From contig DATBNO010000109.1 of NCBI GenBank assembly GCA_036554285.1, forward strand, positions 248-64,247: a DNA stretch of 64,000 bases, given 5' to 3'. Of the stretch, positions 1 to 10,627 are shown piece by piece. The translations under genes were made by a program, and so were the position numbers. The notes below the pieces were generated by a model. The model saw nothing but the letters and a program-made list of their open reading frames with translations. It had not been told where the DNA came from and did not search any database. The DNA is from Gemmatimonadaceae bacterium (GTDB taxonomy: Bacteria > Gemmatimonadota > Gemmatimonadetes > Gemmatimonadales > Gemmatimonadaceae). Position 1 is the first letter of the stretch. Each line of letters begins with the position of its first letter.

Positions 1-401
1 TCACCGGCCGGCCGCTGTTCCCGTTCGGCTTTGGTCTCTCGTACACGTCGTTCGCGTATTCGGCGCTCGCCATCACGCCCGACACGATCGGCGCCGACGG
101 CGCGGCGCGCGTGACGTGCCGTGTCACGAACACCGGCGCGCGCGACGGCGACGAAGTCGTGCAGCTCTATCTCCACCACGAACTGTCCCCGATCGCGCGA
201 CCGGTCATCCAACTCGCCGGCTTTGCACGCGTGCATCTCGCGCCCGGTGCATCGCGCGACGTGTCCTTCACGCTCGACACGGCACAGCTCGCCGCACTCG
301 ACCAGAACATGCGGCGCACGGTCGAGCCCGGCGCCTATCGCATCATGATCGGAGCGTCATCCACGGACATTCGGCTGCGCGGGTTTCTCGAAGTCCGTTA
401 G
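1..401 (+). CDS. Glycoside hydrolase family 3 (beta-glucosidase-like), C-terminal fragment; 5' end lies outside the window
   Basis: Frame 3 is open to the window edge. Translation TGRPLFPFGFGLSYTSFAYS... then VTCRVTNTGARDGDEVVQLYLHH... matches the conserved GH3 C-terminal/Fn3-like region. The TAG stop (399-401) lies inside a CGTTAGGC motif copy. Confidence 0.85.
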   Translation, partial: TGRPLFPFGFGLSYTSFAYSALAITPDTIGADGAARVTCRVTNTGARDGDEVVQLYLHHELSPIARPVIQLAGFARVHLAPGASRDVSFTLDTAQLAALDQNMRRTVEPGAYRIMIGASSTDIRLRGFLEVR

Positions 402-657
402 GCATCGCGCGGGCTACCGCGCCGGCGAGGCGCCTCACCATCAGGCAGTCGAGCACGAGGCCGAGCACGACACCGCGGTGCACGCTCACGTAAGGGTACC
501 AACGTCGCGATTACGCGTCCACCCTGTATTCGCTGTCGGTGGCCCCAGGGTCGGGCACCGCGCGCCCAGATCACCCTTGTCCCGTTCGCCTGGACATGTC
601 AAGTTGATGATTGGCTGCATGTGCCCTGTGGAAGGGGCAAGCCAAGGAGAGCGGACC

Positions 658-1839
658 ATGCGGATTGTCTCGATCGCCGCGCATTCCGCCGTGATGCACG
701 GCCTGTGCACCATGGGATCGGTTGCGGCCTTTCTCACGCTTGCCCTCGGGCCGCCCCCTCTCGCCGCGCAAAGCGCGATGCCCCAAGGCACCGTCAACGC
801 ACTCGTTCGCGACACCAGCGGCGCGGAAATCACCGGCGCCGAGGTGGGCATCGCCGGTACCGACTTGCATGGCTACACCGACAGCGACGGCCGCCTCCGC
901 CTTGGCCCGGTCGCCGCCGGACCCGTCCGCCTAACGGTGCGGCGGTTGGGCTTCCGCGCGATGACGGTCGACCTCTCCGTCGCCGCCAATGGCGCAACGG
1001 CCGATACAGTGCAGTTGGTGGAGGTCGCGCACCGCCTCGACCCAATCCTCGTGCGTGGCTCGATCCATTCGTACAGCGGAACGATGTCCGGCTTCTACGA
1101 ACGCCGCGGCCAAGGCTTCGGCCACTTCTTCTCGCGCGCGGAAATCGAAAAGACGCACGTCACGCGTCTGAGTGACTTGTTTCGATACGTGCCCGGCATG
1201 CGCCTGGTGTCCACCAGCACAATCCAGAACGCGGTGCGCATGCGCGGCGCTACCACGTGCCCGCCGCTGGTGTGGCTGGACGGAACGCCCGCCGCCACGT
1301 CCGAATACGACCTCGACACGATGGACCCGCTTTCCATTGACGGCATCGAGATCTACAGCGGCCCGGCCGAAGTGCCCATGCAGTTCAAACCTCCTCTGGA
1401 CGTTGTGGCGTGCGGCGCGATCGTGATCTGGTCGCGGCGGGGCGAGCGGCACGACGAGTCGCCGTACGCGTCCGATCCCGACACATTGCAGAAGTTGGTG
1501 GCCGCGCTCACGATTTATACGGCCGACGAAGTGGACACGCCGGCGCATCAGGACACGGCGGTGCGCGTCCAGCCGGTCTATCCGGAAGCGCTCTTCATGT
1601 CGGGAACGAGCGGCAGGGTCGTCGCCGAATTCCTGGTCGACACGATGGGTCTCGTGTCGATGCCAACCTTTAGCGCCATCTCGTCCACCGACCCGGAATT
1701 CACGATTGCCGTTAGGCAGGCGTTGGAGAAAGCACAGTACGTGCCGGCCGTGCGCAAGGGCCAGAAGGTGCAGCAAGTGGTCGAACAGCCCTTCACGTTC
1801 GTCAGCGACAGCACCCTCGCCAAACGGCGCCGCGGCTGA
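658..1839 (+). CDS. Exported protein with carboxypeptidase-regulatory-like, TonB-receptor plug-like and TonB C-terminal-like domains
   Basis: ATG 658 is preceded by AAGGAGA (644-650) and followed by a hydrophobic signal-like N-terminus. Domain-like stretches: GTVNALVRDTSG...TDSDGRLRL (CarboxypepD_reg-like), FFSRAEIEK...VPGMRLV...VRMRG...LDG...IEIYSGPAEVP (plug-like), PVYPEALFMSGTSGRVVAEFLVD...PAVRKGQKV (TonB_C-like). The ORF-track start at 478 is judged too far upstream. Confidence 0.8.
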   Translation: MRIVSIAAHSAVMHGLCTMGSVAAFLTLALGPPPLAAQSAMPQGTVNALVRDTSGAEITGAEVGIAGTDLHGYTDSDGRLRLGPVAAGPVRLTVRRLGFRAMTVDLSVAANGATADTVQLVEVAHRLDPILVRGSIHSYSGTMSGFYERRGQGFGHFFSRAEIEKTHVTRLSDLFRYVPGMRLVSTSTIQNAVRMRGATTCPPLVWLDGTPAATSEYDLDTMDPLSIDGIEIYSGPAEVPMQFKPPLDVVACGAIVIWSRRGERHDESPYASDPDTLQKLVAALTIYTADEVDTPAHQDTAVRVQPVYPEALFMSGTSGRVVAEFLVDTMGLVSMPTFSAISSTDPEFTIAVRQALEKAQYVPAVRKGQKVQQVVEQPFTFVSDSTLAKRRRG

Positions 1840-1844
1840 CGATG

Positions 1845-1871
1845 AGGCCGGCCGGCCCACTCGGCCGGCCT
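1845..1871. terminator. GC-rich hairpin between convergent genes (AGGCCGGCC-loop-GGCCGGCCT), overlapping a GCCTAACG copy
   Basis: A 9-10 bp perfect stem read directly (1845-1853 pairs with 1863-1871). No U-tract on either side, so terminator function is uncertain. Confidence 0.35.
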
Positions 1872-1881
1872 AACGGAGAGG

Positions 1882-2628
1882 CTACAGGACCGTCAGCGAG
1901 TCGGACTCGCCCGAGAGCGCGTCCAGATATTGCTGCATCTCGAGCACCCGTTTCTGCCCCTCGCGCTTGGCGGCGTCGCTCTGCAGCAATTTCGGCATCT
2001 CGACCATCTGCTGCCTGATCGCCGCCACCGCGTGCGCGAGGTCGGGCGTGAATTTCTCGCGCGTCGTGAGCGAGATGATGCGCGCCACGTCGATGGCACC
2101 CAGGAAGTCGAGGATGTCCGCGTCGCGAAACAGCACCGCCACGCGGAGCGTGTCGGGCGGCCGGTAGTACTGGTGATGGTCGATGATCTCCTTCACCAGC
2201 GCCGATTTCTCCATCGGGAATCCCGCGTCGCGGAGCACGCTGTCGACGAGCTGGATCGACCGGTCGCCGTGGTCCACGTTGGGCAGCGCGTAGGGCGGAA
2301 TGCCGCCCATGTCGTGCAGGTAGGCCGCGGCGTAGAGCGCGTCGTCGTCCACCGTCAGGCCTTCGGCCTTGGCCAGTGCCAGCGTCGTCTCGTAATCGCG
2401 GCGGCCGTGCGCCGGGCCCCATGCGGTGTGCTGCAGGTGCGCCTCGGCGAATGCCAATACTTTGGCACGCCACGGCGCCTGGGCGCCCGTGTCGCCCGGG
2501 GGCACCCGCCTAACGGCGACGGCGTGCGGCGCCGGCTTCGCCACCGCCGCAGCGCCGCCCGCCAACAGCGCGACCGGAAGGAGCACGACCAACACGGTAC
2601 CGCCACGACGCCGTCCGGTGTCACGCAT
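1882..2628 (-). CDS. HD-domain phosphohydrolase with N-terminal signal/anchor
   Basis: Contains YLHDMGGIP...DHGDRS...IIDHHQYY HD-domain histidine/aspartate pattern. Internal Met start MRDTGRRRGGTVLVVLLPVALLAGGAA chosen at 2628. Confidence 0.8.
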   Translation of the reverse strand: MRDTGRRRGGTVLVVLLPVALLAGGAAAVAKPAPHAVAVRRVPPGDTGAQAPWRAKVLAFAEAHLQHTAWGPAHGRRDYETTLALAKAEGLTVDDDALYAAAYLHDMGGIPPYALPNVDHGDRSIQLVDSVLRDAGFPMEKSALVKEIIDHHQYYRPPDTLRVAVLFRDADILDFLGAIDVARIISLTTREKFTPDLAHAVAAIRQQMVEMPKLLQSDAAKREGQKRVLEMQQYLDALSGESDSLTVL

Positions 2629-3037
2629 GGGGAGCTCGCGAGTGAATGGAGGGTGACGAGGCGCGCTCGGCCACGTCCGGCGCCGGCAGCGCATCGAGCG
2701 GGGATTGGCCTAACGCATCGGGCGCCGGCCGCCACCGCCGCGACCGCGTCACCATCCAGAGGCAGTAGAGCGCCAACGGCGGTACGCCGATCCAGAGCGC
2801 GATCTCGAGCGCCGTCGCCGATGCGATGTGCGTTGCCTTGCCGAACTCCGACACGGTGATCGAGAGGAGCGAATTGTCGAACGAGGCGTTCACCGTCGAT
2901 GTGTCCTTGGGCATATGCGTCGCGTGAATCATCGCGAGAATCGTCGGCGTGAGCGTCACGCCGGCCAACCCGACCCAGTACACACACCACGCCGTGATCA
3001 CGTGCCACGGCCGCCATCGAGCCAGAAACGACTTCAT
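2621..3037 (-). CDS. Hypothetical small membrane protein
   Basis: This is the C-terminal 139 codons of ORF 2621..3796, starting MKSFLARWRPWHVITAWCVYWVGLAG, with 2-3 hydrophobic segments. The part upstream of 3037 is antisense to hlyD and looks non-coding. No family recognised. Confidence 0.5.
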   Translation of the reverse strand: MKSFLARWRPWHVITAWCVYWVGLAGVTLTPTILAMIHATHMPKDTSTVNASFDNSLLSITVSEFGKATHIASATALEIALWIGVPPLALYCLWMVTRSRRWRPAPDALGQSPLDALPAPDVAERASSPSIHSRAPHA

Positions 3038-3070
3038 GACCGCCTCCCGCCAGAAAGCAAGACCTTGACG

Positions 3071-3103
3071 ATTCAAACAGTCGTTTAATACAATTGTTTG
3101 AAT
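3071..3103. promoter_or_regulatory. Perfect 9-bp inverted repeat ATTCAAACA-N15-TGTTTGAAT in an AT-rich divergent promoter region; candidate operator for the operon-encoded TetR
   Basis: Read directly. It lies 46 nt upstream of the hlyD ATG and is flanked by TTGACG (3065-3070) and TTGACA (3103-3108) -35-like hexamers. Confidence 0.45.
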
Positions 3104-3148
3104 TGACACGCCGGCCCCAAAACGTCGCTGGTCCGGAGCCCGACACTC

Positions 3149-4210
3149 ATGACTCGAAAACAGCTGGCCGCGGGAGGAGGCGCTGCGCTCCTCGTCGCCG
3201 TCGTCATCGTCTACATCGTCACGCGCTCGCCTGCACCCCTCGAGCTCACCGGCGTCGTCACCACGAACGATGTCATCGTGAGTCCGCAGGTCGGCGGCCA
3301 ACTGAGCCGGCTCCTCGTCGCCGAAGGCGATTCGGTGACGCAGAACCAGCTGCTCGCCGTCCTCGAACCCGGTGAGCTCGCGGCCGATCAGTCGTACTAC
3401 GCTCAAAACGCGCAGGCGATGGCGTCGCAGGTTCACGAATCCGCCGCCGATTTGCATTACCAGGAAACGCAGGCGGATCAACAGGTCCGTCAGAGCGAGG
3501 CCACACTCGCCGCCGCGATTGCCCAAGCCGTAATGGACTCTGCCACCATGGCCAACGCCAAGCAAGTGTACGACCGCTACGGTCCCCTGCTCCACGCGGG
3601 CGCCGTGTCGTCCCAACAAGTCGACTCCGCTCGCACAGGATACACCGTCGCGCTCTCCCGGTTCGACGCCTCGTCCAAGCAGGTCGACGCGCAGCGCGCC
3701 GCCCTCGCGATGGCGCACGCCACCGAAGACCAGGTCCAGGCCAAACGAAGCGCCTTGGCGGGCGCCCGCCAGGCGCAGGCGGCGGCGCAGGCGCAAACGC
3801 GGAAGGCCGACGTGCGGCTCGCCTACACCGAGCTGCGCGCGCCGATCGCCGGCATCATCGACGTCCGCGCCGCCCGCGCGGGCGAGTACGTGGGCCCGGG
3901 CCAGCCCGTGGTCACGCTCATCAACCCCGACAGCCTCTGGGTGCGCGCCGACGTCGAGGAAACGTACATCGACCGCGTTCGGTTAGGCGAGCACCTCACC
4001 GTGCGGCTGCCATCCGGCGAGGAGCGCCAGGGCACCGTATTCTTCCGCGGCATCGACGCCGACTTCGCGACGCAGCGCGACGTGAGCCGCACCAAGCGCG
4101 ACATCAAGACGTTCGAGATCCGCCTGCGCATCGACAACCGCGACCGCCGGTTGGCCGACGGCATGACGGCCTACGTGCTGTTGCCCCTCGACGCACGGCA
4201 CGCCTCGTGA
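3149..4210 (+). CDS. HlyD-family membrane fusion / secretion protein
   Basis: N-terminal TM, then LTGVVTTNDVIVSPQVGGQLSRLLVAEGDSVTQNQLLAVLEP lipoyl-like hairpin, a long coiled-coil and a C-terminal beta-barrel (LRAPIAGIIDVRAARAGEYV). Confidence 0.9.
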   Translation: MTRKQLAAGGGAALLVAVVIVYIVTRSPAPLELTGVVTTNDVIVSPQVGGQLSRLLVAEGDSVTQNQLLAVLEPGELAADQSYYAQNAQAMASQVHESAADLHYQETQADQQVRQSEATLAAAIAQAVMDSATMANAKQVYDRYGPLLHAGAVSSQQVDSARTGYTVALSRFDASSKQVDAQRAALAMAHATEDQVQAKRSALAGARQAQAAAQAQTRKADVRLAYTELRAPIAGIIDVRAARAGEYVGPGQPVVTLINPDSLWVRADVEETYIDRVRLGEHLTVRLPSGEERQGTVFFRGIDADFATQRDVSRTKRDIKTFEIRLRIDNRDRRLADGMTAYVLLPLDARHAS

Positions 4211-5196
4211 CCGTCTCCATCGACGTCCGCGACATCGTCAAGCGGTTCGGCGATTTCACGGCCGTGGACGGCATCTCGTTCGCCGTCGACGACGGCGAGA
4301 CGTTCGGGCTCCTCGGGCCTAACGGCGCCGGCAAGTCCACGCTCATCCGCATGCTGACCACGCTGCTCCTGCCCACGTCGGGCACGGCAGTCGTGGGCGG
4401 ATACGACATCGTGAAGGACGCCGATCGCGTGCGCCGGGCGATCGGCGTGATTCCGCAGGCGCTCACGAGCGACCTCGATCTCACGGCCGAGGAGAACCTG
4501 TCGATCTTCGCCAAGCTCTACGGCGTGCCGCGCGAGCGCCGCAAGGCATTGATCGCCGATCTCCTGGCGTCGGTCGAGTTGAGCCAATGGGCGGACAAAC
4601 CGGTGAAGAATCTGTCGGGCGGCATGCGGCGCCGCGTCGAGATCGCGCGCGGGCTGGTGCACGAGCCGCGCATTCTGTTTCTCGACGAGCCGACCACGGG
4701 CCTCGATCCGGTGTCGCGGACGTCGGTGTGGGAGATGCTGCGCACCATCAAGAGCGAACGCCGCCTAACGGTGCTGCTCACGACGCACTACATGGACGAA
4801 GCCGACAAGCTCTGCGACCGCATCGCGATCGTGGATCATGGCAGCCTCAAGGCGCTCGACTCGCCGATGAAGCTCAAGGCGGCGATCCCCGGCGAGAACA
4901 CGCTCGAGGTGAGCTTCGCCCGCGAGCCCGCCGACTGGGCGGCGCGCCTGGCCGCGCTCCCCGCCGTGGTGCGCGTGGAAGGCGAGCCGCCGGTGTTCCG
5001 CATCGTGTCCACGAGCGGGCCGCAAACGACCAACGCACTCATGACGATGGCCGCCGCCGCCGGCGTCTCGATCAGCTCGCTCTCGGTGCAGAGCACATCG
5101 CTCGACGACGTGTTCGTGCACTACACGGGTCACCAGCTGCGCGACGCGCTCCAGGAGCCGGCGCCCACCGACAGCCGTTTCATGATGAGACGTTAG
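4207..5196 (+). CDS. ABC transporter ATP-binding protein (ABC-2/DrrA type)
   Basis: Walker A GPNGAGKST, signature LSGGMRRRVEIARGL, Walker B ILFLDEPTTGLD. The GTG start overlaps the hlyD stop (GTGA). The TAG stop is inside CGTTAGGC (5191-5198). Confidence 0.95.
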   Translation: MTVSIDVRDIVKRFGDFTAVDGISFAVDDGETFGLLGPNGAGKSTLIRMLTTLLLPTSGTAVVGGYDIVKDADRVRRAIGVIPQALTSDLDLTAEENLSIFAKLYGVPRERRKALIADLLASVELSQWADKPVKNLSGGMRRRVEIARGLVHEPRILFLDEPTTGLDPVSRTSVWEMLRTIKSERRLTVLLTTHYMDEADKLCDRIAIVDHGSLKALDSPMKLKAAIPGENTLEVSFAREPADWAARLAALPAVVRVEGEPPVFRIVSTSGPQTTNALMTMAAAAGVSISSLSVQSTSLDDVFVHYTGHQLRDALQEPAPTDSRFMMRR

Positions 5197-5198
5197 GC
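5191..5198 (-). repeat. Copy of the over-represented 8-mer (CGTTAGGC on + strand) acting as an intercistronic junction
   Basis: It contains the TAG stop of the ATPase gene and ends 2 nt before the ATG (5201) of the permease gene. The context is CGTTAGGCATATG. Confidence 0.9.
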
Positions 5199-5200
5199 AT

Positions 5201-6319
5201 ATGCAGCGGACCTGGGCCATCATCGAGCGCGACCTGCGCCGCTTCCGCCGCAGCCCGGCGCTCATCATCATGTCGCTGCTCATGCCGATCGTGCAGCTCG
5301 TGGTGTTGGGCTACGCGTTCGGCGGCAATGTGAAGCACCTCAAGGTGGCGCTGGTGGACGAGGACGGTGGCGTCCCCGCTGTGCGCCTCCACGCACTCGC
5401 CAACGCCGTCGCCGAGAACGCGCAGACGTTCGAGACGATTCCCTACGGCGATCGCGGCCAGGCACTCGCCGCCCTGCGCAACGGCGCCGTCAACGGCGTC
5501 CTCACCATTCCGCCGGGGTTCTCGCGCCGCGTACTGGAGAAGGACGACCCGCGCGTCGCCCTCATCGAGGACAACACCGACAACTTCGTCACGGCGGCGC
5601 TGGCCGGCACCTTCGGCAGTCTGTTAGGCGCCTACAACCGGCCCCCGCCCAGCACGCGCCGGCTTTCGTCCGACCCGACGCTCGAGACGGTCGAGCTCTA
5701 TCCGTACGTGCCCTACATCCAGTACCTGCTGCCCGGCTCCATCGTGATGTCGATCTTCATGATGGTGATGATCGGCGGCGGGATCATCTACATCGATGAC
5801 AAAGCCCGCGGCCTGCACGAGGGCTACCTCGTCACGCCCATCACCCGCCTCGAGCTGATCTTCGGGTTCAACGCGGCGGGCGCGATCAAAGCCATCATCG
5901 CCGGCGGCGTGCTCATGACAATCGGGTCGCTCATCGCGGGCATCCCGAATCCGTTCGATCCGGTCCGGTTGGTGCGGCTCTTCATCGTGATCGCGGTGTC
6001 GTCGGTGGCGCTGGTGAGCATGATGTTCTTGCTCATGGTGCGCATGAACGATCCGCTCTTGCCGCGCGCCTTGTTCGGGGTGCTGAACACGCTGCTCTGG
6101 TTCCCGAGCGGCGCCATCTATCCGCAACAGGCATTCCCGAAATGGATGCGCGCGCTCGCGACGGTCGACCCGTTCACGTACGCCGTGCACGCCCTCAAGA
6201 GCCTGCTGCTCAAGAACACGGGCTTCTCGGCCATCTGGTTCGACCTGCTGTACCTCGCCGTGTTCTCGGTGCTCACCATGATCGCGGCCACGCTGCTCTT
6301 CAAGCGCACGCTGTCATGA
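5201..6319 (+). CDS. ABC-2 type transporter permease
   Basis: N-terminal TM, large extracytoplasmic loop, and C-terminal 5-6 TM bundle typical of ABC-2 permeases. Follows the ATPase gene directly. Confidence 0.9.
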   Translation: MQRTWAIIERDLRRFRRSPALIIMSLLMPIVQLVVLGYAFGGNVKHLKVALVDEDGGVPAVRLHALANAVAENAQTFETIPYGDRGQALAALRNGAVNGVLTIPPGFSRRVLEKDDPRVALIEDNTDNFVTAALAGTFGSLLGAYNRPPPSTRRLSSDPTLETVELYPYVPYIQYLLPGSIVMSIFMMVMIGGGIIYIDDKARGLHEGYLVTPITRLELIFGFNAAGAIKAIIAGGVLMTIGSLIAGIPNPFDPVRLVRLFIVIAVSSVALVSMMFLLMVRMNDPLLPRALFGVLNTLLWFPSGAIYPQQAFPKWMRALATVDPFTYAVHALKSLLLKNTGFSAIWFDLLYLAVFSVLTMIAATLLFKRTLS

Positions 6320-6975
6320 CCGCCCGCCGCCACGCGCCTAACGGAACAGAGTCGGATACGGCCACGCACGGGCGCCTCCTCGCCGCGGCCACACGCCTGT
6401 TCGCCCAACACGGGTTTCACGCCGTGAGCGTGCGCGACATCGCGCGCGCGGCCCGGGCGAACGTGGCCGCCGTGAATTACCACTTCGACGGCAAGCTCGG
6501 CCTCTATCGCGCTGTGGTGCGCGCCGCCGTGCACGCCATGCGCGCCGGCGACGACGCCTATCTCACCGCCCAAACCGACGCGTCGCCCGAAGACCAGCTG
6601 CGCACGTACGTGTCAGGCTACCTGCCGCGCATCGCGTCGACCGACGATCGCACGGCGTGGATTCACGATCTCATGCGCCACGAGATGTCCGAACCCACGC
6701 CGCTCGCACCGTGGATCGCCGAGCACGGCATCATGCCGCGCATCGAGTTCCTGTCCGGTGTGGTCGCGAAGCTCCTCGGCTGCAAGCCGGCCGACAAGCG
6801 CGTCGCCCGCTGCGTCATCAGTATCCAAGCGCAGTGTTTGTTCTATCGACCCGATCGATTTCGCACCGCGGCGTTCAAGGAATGGGCGGTCACCGTCGCC
6901 GATCTCGCCGCGGTCGCCGATCACATCGTCGAGTTCTCGCTCGCCGGCATCAAGCGGATCGCGACGCGTGGTTAG
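6316..6975 (+). CDS. TetR/AcrR family transcriptional regulator
   Basis: HTH region LLAAATRLFAQHGFHAVSVRDIARAARANVAAVNYHF. The ATG overlaps the permease stop (ATGA). Confidence 0.9.
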   Translation: MTARRHAPNGTESDTATHGRLLAAATRLFAQHGFHAVSVRDIARAARANVAAVNYHFDGKLGLYRAVVRAAVHAMRAGDDAYLTAQTDASPEDQLRTYVSGYLPRIASTDDRTAWIHDLMRHEMSEPTPLAPWIAEHGIMPRIEFLSGVVAKLLGCKPADKRVARCVISIQAQCLFYRPDRFRTAAFKEWAVTVADLAAVADHIVEFSLAGIKRIATRG

Positions 6976-8453
6976 GGACTCTGCATCGCCACGCGCGGCG
7001 GCCGGCGCTTCATCAGCGCTTCGACTTCCGAGATCTCGCGCGGCGCGTCGCTCGACATCCGCTTCAGCCCGTTCGCCGTCATCACGTAGTCGTCCTCGAT
7101 GCGGACGCCCACGTTCTGGTAGCGCAGCACCACGGGCCGCACGCGCGCGATGAATGCGCGATTGCGTGGGGTGTCGGGCAGCGCATCGAGCGTGCGCGTA
7201 CTGATGTAAATCCCCGGCTCGATCGTGAACGCGTCGCCCGGTTTGTAGGCGTTCGTGCCATAGTAGAACTGCACGGGATCGTGCACGGCGAGACCGAGTC
7301 CATGGCCGAGGCCATGGATCATCCAGAGGAGCGCTTGCGTGCACGCTCTCGGGTTCTTGGCGCAGTCCGGACTCCCGGGTGGATCGATCTGCGCGTTGGC
7401 GCTGTCGATCAAGCCGAGCGCGGCCAATCCGCGCGCGCGAACCGCGAAGGCTGAGTCGCTGGCTGCCACCGCGCTTGCGCCGGGGGTGCTGGCCCTTTCC
7501 GCCGCCGCCTGTGCGTCGCGCACGAGTTGATAGATCTTCCGCTGCTCGGCTGTGAACACGCCGCTCACCGGCAGCGTGCGCGTGATGTCCGCGGCGTAGC
7601 CGTGATACTGCGTGGCCGCATCGATCACGACGAGATCGCCGGGCTTGGCGGCCGACGTGTCCAACATGTAGTGCAGCTGCGTGCTGTTGAGCCCCGCGCC
7701 CACGATGGACCCGTACGCCGGACGGTCGCCGCCTAACCGCTTGAAGGTGTACTCGGCCACCGCTTGCCATTCGTATTCGTGCTTGGGCTCGGGCGATTCC
7801 ATAATCGCGCGATGTCCGGCCGCGCTGATGGTTGCCGCCCGCTCGAGCAGCGCGATCTCGGCCGGCGACTTGCGCGCGCGCAGCTCGTCGACCACCGGCT
7901 CGGCGTCGTCGAGCTTGACCGATGCATGGGCGGCATGAAAGGCGTTCAGGAACATCCGCCCGCGCGTGAGCGAATCCTCGCGGGTGAAGTCGTCATCCTC
8001 GACGTCCGGGATCGCGTACACCGTTAGGCCGGACGATGCGAGCGAATCCATCAGGGGCGCCAGCGCCGAGAACGGACGCGCCGTTAGGCCGTTGTCGCGC
8101 GCGATCTGCGACGAGTCGGGCCGGAATCCGTAGTAGAACGCGAGATGCGGATCCACCGGCGTGGTGAAGAGCGTCGTGGTCTGGCGGCCGCCGCGCATCA
8201 CCATCACGAACGCCGCGTCGGGCTGTTGGTAGTCCGTGAGATAACGGAATGATGCCAGTTGGTAGAACGGGCCGAAGTCGGTGACCGGCGTGCGCGCCCC
8301 GAACGCGATGACGATGCCGCTGTCGAGCCGCGCCGCCAGCGAGTCGCGGCGCGCGGCGTACTCGGCCTGCGTGATCTGCGCCGCCGCGGAGGTGCCGGCG
8401 CACAGCGCGATAAGACCTGCGAGCACACATCGTCTGGCAACGGATGGAGACAT
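6972..8453 (-). CDS. Xaa-Pro aminopeptidase (peptidase M24B) with signal peptide
   Basis: Start MSPSVARRCVLAGLIALCAGTSAAAQ. Creatinase/prolidase N-domain, then the M24 metal-ligand region HGLGHGLGLAVHD...FTIEPGIY...VRIEDD. The ORF-track extension to 8978 is rejected. Confidence 0.9.
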   Translation of the reverse strand: MSPSVARRCVLAGLIALCAGTSAAAQITQAEYAARRDSLAARLDSGIVIAFGARTPVTDFGPFYQLASFRYLTDYQQPDAAFVMVMRGGRQTTTLFTTPVDPHLAFYYGFRPDSSQIARDNGLTARPFSALAPLMDSLASSGLTVYAIPDVEDDDFTREDSLTRGRMFLNAFHAAHASVKLDDAEPVVDELRARKSPAEIALLERAATISAAGHRAIMESPEPKHEYEWQAVAEYTFKRLGGDRPAYGSIVGAGLNSTQLHYMLDTSAAKPGDLVVIDAATQYHGYAADITRTLPVSGVFTAEQRKIYQLVRDAQAAAERASTPGASAVAASDSAFAVRARGLAALGLIDSANAQIDPPGSPDCAKNPRACTQALLWMIHGLGHGLGLAVHDPVQFYYGTNAYKPGDAFTIEPGIYISTRTLDALPDTPRNRAFIARVRPVVLRYQNVGVRIEDDYVMTANGLKRMSSDAPREISEVEALMKRRPPRVAMQSP

Positions 8454-8617
8454 GATGTTCACCGGAGCATTGTGAAAGTGAGGAGCGCAAACTGGTCGTG
8501 GCGCCGGCGCGAGTGTCCAGACTATAGCGATACCCGATAGCGTGCGGAAGCCGGGACGATGCTGCTTGAAGTCCGCGGGGTCGCGGGTTCCCGTGACCCC
8601 GGCGGAGCGCCGAGCGA

Positions 8618-9124
8618 TCAGCCGTAGCGATAGACCAACGCCGGCCCGTTGTAGAAGTCGATCTCCGTGTCGAACACGGCGCCTAACGATTGGGCCACGC
8701 GAATCGACCCGGCATTCGCCGGCCGAATCACGCTGATGATGTTGGTGCGACCGAGCACGGTATGCGCATAGGTGAGCGCCGCCGCCGCGCCTTCGCGCGC
8801 AAAGCCGCGTCTCCAGAATGGTTGGCCGAGTGTGTAGGCGATCTCGAAGCCCGGGAAGCCCTCGGGTTGCTGACATCCGATGCGTCCCATGAGTGCGCCC
8901 GTCGCTTTCTCCTCCACGGCCCACAGTCCGAAGCCGAGCAGCGTCCAGTGTCCGAGGATCATGGCCATTTGTCGCCATGCGTCCGTTCGCGACAGCGGTT
9001 TTCCATCGCCGAGGTATTTGGTGACTTCCGGGTCGCCAATGATGGCGGCGTATTCATCGATGTCGCGTTGCACGAAGGCGCGCAGCACGAGACGATCGGT
9101 GATGAGTGTGGGAATCGCAGTCAT
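8618..9124 (-). CDS. GNAT family N-acetyltransferase (RimJ/RimL-like)
   Basis: Start MTAIPTLITDRLVLRAF...; includes FWRRGFAREGAAAALTYA acetyl-CoA binding motif A. Confidence 0.9.
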   Translation of the reverse strand: MTAIPTLITDRLVLRAFVQRDIDEYAAIIGDPEVTKYLGDGKPLSRTDAWRQMAMILGHWTLLGFGLWAVEEKATGALMGRIGCQQPEGFPGFEIAYTLGQPFWRRGFAREGAAAALTYAHTVLGRTNIISVIRPANAGSIRVAQSLGAVFDTEIDFYNGPALVYRYG

Positions 9125-9214
9125 GTGCTTGCTCTTCGTCGTTCGCGATACGAGAATGGTGTCTGACGTCCGATTGTCCGCCCGCCCGCAACTGCCGCTT
9201 TCGGAGCCCTCATC

Positions 9215-10623
<1,409 letters not shown>

Positions 10624-10627
<4 letters not shown>

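Noticed and set aside
396-403. The motif core TTAGGC equals the nematode telomere hexamer.
   Set aside because: This is coincidence. Copies are single and dispersed, never tandem hexamer arrays, and everything else about the sequence is bacterial.
8454-8978. N-terminal 175-codon extension of ORF 6972..8978.
   Set aside because: The extension precedes a perfect signal peptide (MSPSVARRCVLAGLIALCAG) and looks non-protein-like. The real start is taken at 8453. Similar upstream extensions were trimmed for ORFs 478.., 2621..3796, 33280.., 41272.., 45949..47673 and 57995..58771.
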